A DNA stretch of 64,000 bases from Sminthopsis crassicaudata (lineage: Eukaryota). The stretch is from positions 324,454 to 388,453 of the forward strand of contig NC_133619.1 in NCBI RefSeq assembly GCF_048593235.1. Direction: 5' to 3'. Each line of letters opens with the position of its first letter. Within the stretch, counting starts at the first letter, position 1. The position numbers and the translations under genes are program-made. The notes beneath the pieces were generated by a model that was given only the letters and a program-made list of their open reading frames with translations, made no database searches and was not told the origin of the DNA. Below, piece by piece: positions 36,001 to 46,377 of the stretch.

Positions 36001-36072
36001 GAACACTACGTGCTGGGGTAACCACAGCCGCCACTGCTCACCGTCTCCGCTGGCCTCCTCGGCCGCCGCCAT
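24005..36072 (-). CDS. NUP88: Nucleoporin 88, 17 exons, 783 aa if the 1-bp deletion in exon 12 is corrected
   Basis: Exons in minus-strand 5'->3' order: 36072-35656, 34438-34269, 33993-33868, 30772-30686, 29334-29158, 27380-27194, 27013-26860, 26215-26117, 26018-25928, 25583-25482, 25409-25251, 25030-24906 (125 nt, frame requires 126), 24816-24751, 24629-24549, 24465-24339, 24257-24139, 24068-24005 (TGA). The translation matches NUP88: MAAAE...[74 protein letters not shown], ...[20 protein letters not shown]. Confidence 0.97.
24721..24760. repeat. Exact 20-bp tandem duplication spanning the NUP88 exon 13 donor site
   Basis: ccgcccccacctctcctccc x2 (24721-24740, 24741-24760). Confidence 0.9.
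25610..25930. repeat. Composite minisatellite filling NUP88 intron 9, derived from the exon 9 donor region
   Basis: cttaccc(g/a)cagg occurs at 25617, 25636, 25684, 25703, 25722, 25770, 25789, 25808, 25856 and 25875, interleaved with ggggcagaggccggccccgcc. The true donor, cttacctgcagg, is at 25923. Confidence 0.9.
32142..32312. repeat. Degenerate ~26-28 bp tandem repeat, ~6-7 copies, in NUP88 intron 3
   Basis: Recurrent ggtgaaa(c/t)tgacaa(a/g)agat motif with divergent ~10-nt ends. Confidence 0.6.
32440..32880 (-). mobile_element. L2 LINE fragments (antisense)
   Basis: gacatcaagttcaagatgtctgaaaagcagttgaagatg and ...cactgatgactttggaaagagc resemble the reverse complement of L2. Approximate. Confidence 0.55.
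35340..35495 (+). mobile_element. MAR1-like CORE-SINE remnant in NUP88 intron 1
   Basis: gtgaccttggccaggtcacttc...tgcctcagttttcccatctgcaaaatgagctggagaag...gccaggaaaaccccaaa. Confidence 0.7.
35683..35817 (-). repeat. Coding (GGA/GGC/AGC)n low-complexity expansion encoding a Gly/Ser tract in NUP88 exon 1
   Basis: Encodes [45 protein letters not shown] (aa 86-130). Confidence 0.92.
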
Positions 36073-36728
36073 CTTTCCCCGCGCTGCTCTACTGAGCCCC
36101 GCCTCCCATGTTATCCAACCAGCACTCGTCATCCTCTGCTCCAGCCTATAAGCGCCCCGTCGTGTGCTTGTCCAATCGGCGTTCCCTCCTCTCTGTCCAA
36201 TCAGCGACCTCCTCTCTACTGCCCAATCAGAACCGGAGGCGACCGTGGCGGAGTCACTGCCTGACACACCGCCTGGGTCGCTCACCAATCTCCAGCGTGG
36301 CTGGGAACTCTGACTTGGCTAGCATCGCTATGGAGGCGTGGCCGCTCCGGTTGGCTCCTCCCCTCCCATCTCTGGGTAGCCGCTTCCCGGATTTGCGGAA
36401 CCTTCTCAGAACCTGCAGTCCGCCAAGATCCCCGCGTCTATTTCCGGGGATCCTCGTGATGTCGCCCTTATGGAGCCGGGACAGGCAGAACCTGCTATGG
36501 AAGGAAGCCTTCGCGCTTTTGGTTTCGGTCTCCCTCTGGACGGGGCTCTGAGGGGGAGGGGAAAAGGGCGAAAAGGTTGCGGACCACCGTTCCCAGCATG
36601 CACCGGACCCATTTACGCACGCGCAGTCCGTGATAGGACTATCCCGGTATGATCGGTGGGGAGGGAGGCCCGGAGGCGGAAGCGGCGGATTCGGGCTCCC
36701 TACGGGGCTCCTAGGGAGCCGGGCCTTT
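36073..36728. promoter_or_regulatory. NUP88/RPAIN bidirectional CpG-island promoter
   Basis: 656 bp between divergent ATGs (36072 and 36729), CpG-rich. CCAAT boxes at 36172, 36197, 36223 and 36285; YY1-like AAGATGGCGGC overlapping the NUP88 ATG. Confidence 0.85.
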
Positions 36729-39700
36729 ATGGAGGAGACGGTGCAGGGACGACGCGCATTTCACAAGCGTCCTCGGGGCCCGGTCTGGAAGGAGACGTAC
36801 CGGCAGGTGAGTCCTCGGCCCGGGTACTTTGCCCTTCCAGTCAGGCCCCTTGCTCCCCTTTCTCCCCATCCCGAGCCCCGCCCCTTCCTGCCGCCGCTCC
36901 TTGGGACCGCCCTGCACTTAGGCGTAGTTGGTGGAACCGTGGCGGGTCTAAACCTGGGAAAACCGTTGGGAACCTCTCCCAGGACCTCTCCCAGCTGGCC
37001 TGGGCGGGGAGGGGGGGAGGAGGGCAGACTGACCGGGGAGGGGGGGAGGAGGGGGGGGCAGACTGACCGGGGAGGGGGGGGGTGTGGGGGGGCAGACTGA
37101 CCGGGGAGGGATGTGGAGGGGGGGGCAGACTGACCGGGGAGGGGTGTGGGGGGGCAGACTGACCGGGGAGGGATGTGGAGGGGGGGGCAGACTGACCGGG
37201 GAGGGGGGGTGTGGGGGGGCAGACTGACCGGGGAGGGGGGGTGTGGGGGGGGGCAGACTGACCGGGGAGGGATGTGGAGGGGGGGGCAGACTGACCGGGG
37301 AGGGGGGGGTGTGGGGGGGCAGACTGACCGGGGAGGGGGGGTGTGTGGGGGGGCAGACTGACCGGGGAGGGGGGTGTGGGGGGGCAGACTGACCGGGGAG
37401 GGGGGGGTGTGGGGGGGCAGACTGACCGGGGAGGGATGTGGAGGGGGGGGCAGACTGACCGGGGAGGGGGGGTGTGGGGGGGCAGACTGACCGGGGAGGG
37501 GGGGGTGTGTGGGGGGGCAGACTGACCGGGGAGGGATGTGGAGGGGGGGGCAGACTGACCGGGGAGGGGTGTGGGGGGGCAGACTGACCGGGGAGGGATG
37601 TGGAGGGGGGGGCAGACTGACCGGGGAGGGGGGGTGTGGGGGGGCAGACTGACCGGGGAGGGGGGGTGTGTGGGGGGGCAGACTGACCGGGGAGGGATGT
37701 GGAGGGGGGGGCAGACTGACCGGGGAGGGGGGGTGTGGGGGGGCAGACTGACCGGGGAGGGGGGGTGTGTGGGGGGGCAGACTGACCGGGGAGGGGGGTG
37801 TGGGGGGGCAGACTGACCGGGGAGGGGGGGGTGTGGGGGGGCAGACTGACCGGGGAGGGATGTGGAGGGGGGGGCAGACTGACCGGGGAGGGGGGGTGTG
37901 GGGGGGCAGACTGACCGGGGAGGGGGGGTGTGTGGGGGGGCAGACTGACCGGGGAGGGGGGGTGTGTGGGGGGGCAGACTGACCGGGGAGGGATGTGGAG
38001 GGGGGGGCAGACTGACCGGGGAGGGATGTGGAGGGGGGGGCAGACTGACCGGGGAGGGGGGGTGTGGGGGGGCAGACTGACCGGGGAGGGGGGGTGTGGG
38101 GGGGCAGACTGACCGGGGAGGGGGGGTGTGTGGGGGGGCAGACTGACCGGGGAGGGATGTGGAGGGGGGGCAGACTGACCGGGGAGGGGGGGGTGTGGGG
38201 GGGCAGACTGACCGGGGAGGGATGTGGAGGGGGGGGCAGACTGACCGGGGAGGGGGGGGGTTTGTGGGGGGGCAGACTGACCGGGGAGGGGGGTGTGTGG
38301 GGGGGCAGACTGACCGGGGAGGGGGGGTGTGGGGGGGCAGACTGACCGGGGAGGGGGGGTGTGGGGGGGCAGACTGACCAGGGAGGGGGGGGTGTGGGGG
38401 GGCAGACTGACCGGGGAGGGGGGGGTGTGGGGGGGCAGACTGACCGGGGAGGGGGGGGTGTGGGGGGGCAGACTGACCGGGGAGGGGGGGGTGTGGGGGG
38501 GCAGACTGACCGGGGAGGGGTGTGGGGGGGCAGACTGACCGGGGAGGGATGTGGAGGGGGGGGCAGACTGACCGGGGAGGGATGTGGAGGGGGGGGCAGA
38601 CTGACCGGGGAGGGATGTGGAGGGGGGGGCAGACTGACCGGGGAGGGGGGGTGTGGGGGGGCAGACTGACCGGGGAGGGGTGTGTGGGGGGGCAGACTGA
38701 CCGGGGAGGGGGGGTGTGGGGGGGCAGACTGACCGGGGAGGGGGGGGTGTGGGGGGGCAGACTGACCGGGGAGGGATGTGGAGGGGGGGGCAGACTGACC
38801 GGGGAGGGGGGGTGTGTGGGGGGGCAGACTGACCGGGGAGGGGGGGGTGTGGGGGGGCAGACTGACCGGGGAGGGGGGGGGTGTGTGGGGGGGCAGACTG
38901 ACCGGGGAGGGGGGGTGTGTGGGGGGGCAGACTGACCGGGGAGGGGTGTGGAGGGGGGGCAGACTGACCGGGGAGGGGGGGTGTGGGGGGGCAGACTGAC
39001 CGGGGGGAGGGATGTGGGGGGGCAGACTGACCGGGGGGAGGGATGTGGAGGGGGGGGCAGACTGACTGGGGAGGGGGGGTGTGGGGGGGGGCAGACTGAC
39101 GGGGGGGGGTGTGTGTGGGGGGGCAGACTGACTGGGGAGGGGGTGTGGGGGGGGGCAGACTGACCGGGGAGGGGGGGGGCAGACTGACCGGGGAGGGGGG
39201 GTGTGGGGGGGCAGACTGACCGGGGAGGGGGGGTGTGGGGGGGCAGACTGACCGGGGAGGGGGGGGTGTGGAGGGGCAGACTGACCGGGGAGGGGTGTGG
39301 GGGGGGGGCAGACTGACCGGGGAGGGGGGGTGTGTGGAGGGGGGGCAGACTGACCGGGGAGGGGGTGTGTGGGGGGGCAGACTGACCGGGGAGGGGGGGG
39401 TGTGGGGGGGCAGACTGACCAGGGGGGGGCAGACTGACGGGGGGGGGTGTGGGGGGGCAGACTGACCGGGGAGGGGTGTGGAGGGGGGGCAGACTGACCG
39501 GGGAGGGGGGGTGTGGGGGGGCAGACTGACCGGGGGGAGGGATGTGGGGGGGCAGACTGACCGGGGGGAGGGATGTGGAGGGGGGGGCAGACTGACGGGG
39601 GGGGTGTGGGGGGGCAGAGTGACCGGGGAGGGGGGGGTGTGGGGGGGGCAGACTGACCGGGGGGGGGGTGTGTGGAGGGGGGGGCAGACTGACCGGGGAG

Positions 39701-42490
39701 GGGGTGTGTGTGGGGGCAGACTGACCGGGGGGGGGGGTGTGTGGAGGGGGGGGCAGACTGACCGGGGAGGGGGGGTGTGTGGGGGGGCAGACTGACCGGG
39801 GAGGGATGTGGAGGGGGGGGGCAGACTGACTGGGGAGGGGGGGTGTGGGGGGGCAGACTGACCGGGGAGGGGGGGTGTGTGGGGGGGCAGACTGACGGGG
39901 GAGGGATGTGGAGGGGGGGGGCAGACTGACCGGGGAGGGGGGGTGTGTGGGGGGGCAGACTGACCGGGGGGGGATGTGGAGGGGGGGGCAGACTGACTGG
40001 GGAGGGGGGGTGTGGGGGGGCAGACTGACCGGGGAGGGGGTGTGTGTGGGGGGGCAGACTGACCGGGGAGGGATGTGGAGGGGGGGGGCAGACTGACGGG
40101 GGGGGGGTGTGGAGGGGGGGGCAGACTGACCGGGGAGGGGGAGTGTGGGGGGGCAGACTGACCGGGGAGGGGGAGTGTGGGGGGGGCAGACTGACCGGGG
40201 AGGGATGTGGAGGGGGGGGGCAGACTGACCGGGGAGGGGTGTGGAGGGGGGGGCAGACTGACCGGGGAGGGGGTGTGTGTGGGGGGGCAGACTGACCGGG
40301 GAGGGGGAGTGTGGGGGGGCAGACTGACCGGGGAGGGATGTGGAGGGGGGCTGACTGACCGGGGAGGGGGGGTGTGTGGGGGGGCAGACTGACCGGGGAG
40401 GGGGAGTGTGGGGGGGCAGACTGACCGGGGAGGGGGAGTGTGGGGGGGCAGACTGACCGGGGAGGGATGTGGAGGGGGGCTGACTGACCGGAGCCGGCCG
40501 GGGTCAGACCGGACTGTGTTTTGGCTTTTAGGGAGTAGAGAGGCTTGACCACCTTTGACTGTGATTCCACATGTAGCTCATTCCCCCCCCTCCTCCTGGG
40601 CACTCTGGGAGCAGCCATGGCTGGGCTGTAGGAGTTCGCCCCCCCTTTGGATCATGAAGTTAGGACAGCCCCCCCATGTGGTCGGGAGGCGCACAGGTCT
40701 TGGGCAGCTCCCCCGTTTAGGGACTTGGGGTTCTTGGACGGGCCTCTTCCTCCTGCCTCCTTTTTTCCTTTTCCAGGCTGTGCCGCTCGGTTAGCCCACT
40801 CCCTTGCCTTGTGTCTTTGGATTTAATCCAATTGTTAGTTGGTTTGTCGTAAATGAGTTTAGTTTTCTATTTGTTCACCTTCTTTGGAGACTTTTGTTTT
40901 TCCTACGCCTAAGTAAATATCTCCAAAGAACTCTTTTCCTTTGCTTCCTTCTCACTGTTTCCTTTCTCCTTCAATCTAAGTGTATTCTGAGTTTTATTTT
41001 CGAAAGATGCTTTATCTTTATCGTCCCTGGTCAGAGCCCTTCCTCCTCCCGGTCTCTGTGCCCCACTCTTACAAATGTCCTTCCGTGAAGGACAAACCAG
41101 CTCCCTGGAAGGAGCGTTGTATGGGAAGGGTTATCTCTGCCTCCTCCCCCGGAGGCCAGGCCATCTGGCCCCTTCCCACAGTTCCCCTTGGTTCTCCCAC
41201 TTTGGGGGCTCGGGGCCACCACTCGGCAACGGTTTCCGATTTTAAGCTCATCCCTCTCTTTCCTGCCAGCGATGCCTTCAGAGAATGAAGAGCAGCCGGG
41301 CCCGGCTCCTGGACAAGTATCGCCGAGTGGGAGGGGTCCACTGTGGCCTCATGGCCCAGGAGGTGATGGAGACAGAGTGGCTGGCTCTGCGGTCCGCACA
41401 CGGGAGCCTGGAGGCCCAGAGGCGCAGCGAGAGTTTTGCACAGGTCTGTCTGGCCGTGTTGGGGAGCGAGGGGAGCGAGGGCATCTCCCGGCCTTCGGGA
41501 GATTTGGGCTGCTTTCCAGGGCTGAGGGCCCGGAGCTCAGGTGCCTTTCTTTGGGGCAGCAGGGGCTGGGAAAAGGCTGTCCTGAGGCTTCTCCCTCCCT
41601 CCCGCTCCCTCCAGGGTGGAAGCCCAAGAGCCGTAACCACGCGCTAGGCTGCGGGTGGGGAGCCTTTGGAGAACAGTACCAACCCAGGGGCTTCCTCTGC
41701 TCTGTAGGTGGCGGATCCCGCGGAACTCGAGGTCTTGGAAGAAATTCAGCAGGAGCTGATGAGTCAAGGTAACTGGAAGCGGCGGAGAGGGGAGAACGGG
41801 GGGGAGGGGGGCTTTGGATGCTCAGCCTCCCTGGAGACGAGCTAGCCACAGACCTGCCCTGTGTGCCCACAGCTCCCCCCGTGCCTCAGTGTTCTTCCGT
41901 CACCAGCCTAGGCTTCATGAGCCTTGGGTCCTAGGACAGACCTGGCCGGCAGTCTTGGGCAGATCCCTCCTCTCTGAGAATCTGTGGCCAGACTCTCCCT
42001 GGAGTGATAAATGTGGATTACAAATGAGGAAACTGAGTCTGGGGCTAGAAGTTACCCCACATCCATGTGTTGTCTGGGGGCGGAGCAGACTTTGTACCAC
42101 CATCCTATATGCGGGGGCTTTTCAAAGGGCCAGAGCCAGGAAACCTTGGGTTCAGATCTTGTGACCCTGGGCAAGCCCCTTCAGTTTCCTCATCTATAAA
42201 GTGGGGATAACAGTGGCTGCCACCCTGTAGGACTGGCGAACAGCTCTCTAATGAGATTCCATCCCAGTATTAAGAAGAATACGGACATCCAGCGTTTGGC
42301 AGACTCGGATGCTTCACCCGTGCTCGTCCACGTGTTCTAGGATTCCCTCACAGCCCTCGGGCCAGCTGTGGGATGGGGTGTGACTTCAAGGAGCACCGTC
42401 CTTGGCACTCTCCTAACTGTCCTGTGTTTTTATGAATCTCCCCTTTCTGTGTCTGTGTGTGTAAGAACGGGGCGGGGGGGGGGGGGAAGA

Positions 42491-42528
<38 letters not shown>

Positions 42529-45500
42529 ACACACACACACATACACCCTCTGCCGTTCTGTGTAATGCTCATCTTCTGTTCTTGCCCTGTGGACCTTTGA
42601 TGTAGGAAAAGGTCCAGGCAGCAAAGGGTGTGGGCAGTGTCTTAGTGGGATCCAGCCTGTTTTCTTCTTCAAACCTGAACCCAGCTCATGGTCCCAGAAG
42701 TGCATGTGATGGTGCAGTCCAGCTCCTTAGGATGCCCTTCAAGTGCAGGATGAAACTTGTTCCATAGCCACTCTTGATCCATTTGGTCTTCCTTGTGTGG
42801 ATGGAAAATCTGAACTCCTTCAAGCAACTCCGGATCTCTTCCAGGTTCTATAATACCTTGGAGCTTCGTGCAACCCTCCCAGGGCCGTCAGCACACAGGA
42901 ACATCTCTGGATCCCTGGGAAGCCATTCTTCTTTGACCTGCACCGAGAGCTGGATGGTGATAAGCACCTTTGAGGAGAGTTCTCTTCCCCTTTTTGCCCT
43001 TCATGGGCGGGGGGGAAGGGTGTCAAGAGGCAGATTTGTTTCCTTGTTCCTTCATCCAAGAAGTCCTGAGTGATCTGGGGGTGCGGCTGGGAGTACCTTG
43101 GTACGAGAGCCATTGAGCAAGCCCAGGTGAGCTTGTTTTTACTCCATCTCTCAGGTCACTGTGAGAGATAGAAGTCATCTGTCGTGGACCGGCGCTTTGC
43201 CGAAGCCTCTGACCCATGCCTTCGGTCACTTGGCTCCAGATGACAGCTTTCCATGCTCTTCCTCGCTCTCTCGTGTCCAGGTCTGCTTCACACCGGGTGT
43301 ATCCTGCTGCAAGAATCTGCTCTTAGACCCACCTTTGCCCCATTTGGGCAGTGAAGAGTGATTAGGCTCCAACAGCCCTGGGTGCAGAAAGCAGGGTTTT
43401 CTCCATCTTTTCCTTTGTTTTTTGTGCTTGAGCTCCCACGGGATGATCTCACTAACCCGCTTCACAAGCTGACACTCCTCAGAGTCCCTAACTGATAAGT
43501 AGTCAAAGGAGAGGAACAAGCAGTTCTTGAGAGAAGAGACCCACGCTTCGAGCAGCCACGTGAAGAAATGCCCCCGCTCACTCAGAGGGATGTAAATGAA
43601 AGCAAGCAGTAAAGGAGAATGGCTAATGCTGAAGAATTGTGGGGAAACGGGCCTACACACACTCCCACACACTCACTCACAGATACAGAAATGAGCAGAA
43701 TCAGGATAAACAGCCTTTGGCATTCTGACGGATACAGTGCTTAGCCAGGTTCCTGTGAGAGGATTGGAGATCCAGCAAGCCCCCCGCTCAAGATGTAGGA
43801 TATGATCTGACAGTGGGGTATATGAGAAGGATTTGGGGGCACCCTATCCCACTAAAGTGTTCTGATGAGTTTGTCTGGTTCAGTTTGCCAGAAGCACTCT
43901 GGGCTGTTTTCCTCAGTTCTGGCCGAGTTCACTAGCTGCCAACATCCACGGTTCGGGTTTTGAAGGACATTTTCATTTGGGTCTTGGGTGTTTGCTGTGT
44001 GGCCTTCCTAGTCTCATCTTGCACTCAAAGTCTGTGTCCTCGCTAGCAATGATGCTCTTCTGGGTTTGGCATGGGACGTCCTGACAAATGCCTCGGGCGG
44101 GAGACCTTGGGAAGTTTCTGCTGTGGTTTCCTCTCTAGCCAGGCCTGGGCCAGCAGGATGTTGGCTTGCTCATCTGTAGCAGTGTTAGGGGTCCAGGAAA
44201 CAGTCCCTTTCCCTAATGCAGATCATCTAGTATGATGCACGGAACCGGACTTGCCGTGACTTATCCAGCCAGCCAGGGTGGTTCAAATGCCAAATAAATC
44301 CCTGTGCTGCCCTGCTGCTTGGCTTGGGGCTTCTGGGATGGCCAAGTGATCTCAGTCCCACCTTAGAGAAGCCCCTGGACTGCCTTTAAAGTGGCTGCCT
44401 TCAGCCTTTCCCTTCCATCCCTTCAAGTAGTCTTCTCAACTGACTCTGTTCACCTGCTCCACCTGCCTTGCTGTTACAATTGTTCCACTTCCCGGTTCTA
44501 GTCGTCCTCCCGTCCCATCCTCTCCTGCCCCCAGGATGACATGGTTTTGCAGGGTCTCTCCCCAGCCTCTTGGCAGCCTCCTTTCCCCGCAGCTGCCTTG
44601 TGAAGTGGAACTTTCTACCTGTTCATCCCCACAAATCAGCAAGGCAAAGACACTGGCCAAGGTTCCTGGCCCTACTTCATGTGTCAGGAGCATTTCGGTG
44701 ATCAGACAAGCCGTTTGGGGAGGTCGACTAGGGACACGATCCCATTCTATAAAAACTCCCATACAGTTAGATGTGATCCACTTTGCTATCCTTGAGACTA
44801 CATTGCCATGGCCTCGTACAGAGCCCGGTATTGGCACTGTTCTTGGTGATGGCAATAGCCTTTCTCTTGGCAAGAACTCAATTACAGGAAAATCAACCTT
44901 TTCAGACCAGTAAAATACTATTAAGAACGTTCTGTCATGTGATTTATGACAGAAGAACTAGCTGGCTTCAGTGGCTGTCAGAAAACCTAAAAAACCAAGT
45001 TGTCTTAATGCCGAACACCAAATACAGCTAATTAGTTGAATTTGATTATTTTTAACATTTCAGTTGTCTCCAAATTAATAATTTAGGCTCCACGCCTTGT
45101 GCCTGGTTGGCGTTTTGCGCTTCTGCATTCCCCCCTTAACCATCAGCACAGAAAGCTTTCTGTGACCAGGACAGTGTCGGAGCTTTCCCTTCCCTTGCAG
45201 AACAGGCCTTCATTGAGGAGTATGAGAGGGGTCTGCAGTTTGATGACACGTGTCTCTGGGCCCTGCTGGAGGGGCTTCAGGCGGATGGGGTCATCTGCCC
45301 CGTGTGTTCCAGGTAAGAGCTTGCCTGGGGAGGGCAGCAGGCTTGGGCCTGGCCCTTAAGCGGCTGCAAGGCTTCTGAAAGTGGCTCTGTTTCCAGGCAC
45401 AATCTGAGTGTGGTGAGAGGCAGGGTCCTGTGTCAGTGTGGTCTCCACCTCTTCTCCCAGGTGAGCCTCTCCCTCCAAGTCACTAGTGAGGGTTGGAGAG

Positions 45501-46098
45501 ATTGTGGGTCAGTACCTAAAAGTCCCCTCTCCCCCACGGCAAGGGATCTCTGCGGGAGGGAGGGCTTTCTTGACCACTTCCTTCTCAGGCTCCAGAACTG
45601 ACAGAGCAGACCTTCCGAGCCCTCTTAGAGGAAAGTGTGAACAGACACAGCGAGACATGTGCCCACAGGCCTGAGTTTTCTGTCACCAGTGGAACAGAAG
45701 AAAGTGCCAATCTCTTCCTGAGCTGTGCGGTACGCACCCTAAATGTGCCTTCCGGGGAGCCCTCTGACCCTGATCCCTTCATTGTGAGATGAACCCAAAG
45801 GGAAGCAAGGCCAGGACAGCCTAGAGCTGGAGTTTGTAGTGGACCACCAGCTGACCCACACTGACAAGTTCTGAGCGTCAGGACCTCAGGTTGAGGCCTT
45901 GAGTCTCCCCCACCCCCTAAATCAGGGAGGTTTCTTAGGACAGGGCGGCACCCCTGGATGATGCTGACTAGATAGGCAGGCTAGGCGCTCCCCCCTCCCA
46001 CTCTCCCCCAGTCTAGGTGCAGGGCCAGCCGCAGGCCCTTCTAACCCCAGATTCTTCTTCGTGGACAGGCTTGCGATACTCTGACCGTGCTGCTCTGA
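36729..46098 (+). CDS. RPAIN: RPA-interacting protein (RIP), 7 exons, 219 aa
   Basis: Exons: 36729-36806, 41270-41443, 41708-41768, 45201-45312, 45397-45460, 45589-45729, 46069-46098 (TGA); total 660 nt. Motifs: WKETYRQRCLQRMKSSRARLLDKYR, LEEIQQELMSQE, EYERGLQFDDTCL, and the C-terminal Cys motifs ICPVC / CQCG / HSETC / SCAACD. It lies head-to-head with NUP88, as in other mammals. Confidence 0.95.
37023..40491. repeat. 3.5-kb G-rich minisatellite (VNTR) in RPAIN intron 1, unit ~30-35 bp, roughly 100-110 copies (estimated, not counted)
   Basis: Unit GGCAGACTGACCGGGGAG(G)nTGTG(G)n with a variant GGGATGTGGAG(G)n; extreme G-strand bias. Confidence 0.97.
42145..42225 (+). mobile_element. MIR core fragment
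   Basis: gggttcagatc...gtgaccctgggcaagcc...cagtttcctcatctataaagtggggataa. Confidence 0.65.
42494..42547. repeat. (CA)n microsatellite
   Basis: A run of acac... with two ta interruptions. Confidence 0.95.
43470..43660 (+). mobile_element. L1 ORF2 C-terminal fragment
   Basis: ctgataagtagtcaaaggagaggaacaagcagttc...gaagaaatgc resembles L1 ttgataaatggtcaaaggatatgaacaggcagttt...gaaaaaatgc. Confidence 0.6.
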
Positions 46099-46151
46099 CT
46101 GCCTTTCTCCCGAGCCAAGGGCGCGGTTCTGTGGACAATGCTACTCATTGG

Positions 46152-46225
46152 TTTATTCCTAGGTGTGGGGAGGGCGCTGAGGAGCTGGGCTGAAGTGGCC
46201 ACAGGAGGGTCCCAGCGGTTTTATT
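46152..46225 (-). terminator. Two candidate C1QBP polyadenylation signals (AATAAA on minus at 46220-46225 and 46152-46157)
   Basis: TTTATT on plus at both positions. They are the first such hexamers downstream of the C1QBP stop (46378). Confidence 0.65.
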
Positions 46226-46268
46226 TCTCATTTTGTGGGGATGTACGAAAATGCCAGCAGAGCAAGGA

Positions 46269-46274
46269 AATAAA
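46269..46274 (+). terminator. RPAIN polyadenylation signal (AATAAA)
   Basis: First plus-strand AATAAA after the RPAIN stop (46098), followed by T/G-rich sequence. Confidence 0.65.
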
Positions 46275-46377
46275 AGTGGGTTAGGAAACATAATTTATGT
46301 CTGACAATATTTTACCAAACTTTCTCCATGATAAGCTTCTGGGGAACTGTTCTCTCTGGGTCCGCAGTAGGCTTTCC

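Noticed and set aside
24005-36072. NUP88 as a pseudogene
   Set aside because: The only lesion is a single-base difference in a homopolymer. All other exons, splice sites, the promoter and the poly(A) signal are intact, so an assembly error is more parsimonious.
37146-40392. Many short Gly-rich plus-strand ORFs (GGQTDRGG...)
   Set aside because: These are translations of the same minisatellite.
36761-40618. 1285-aa Pro-rich ORF on the minus strand
   Set aside because: It is a by-product of the VNTR: the C-rich strand of the unit contains no stop codon in any frame. It is antisense to RPAIN intron 1 and has no other coding evidence.
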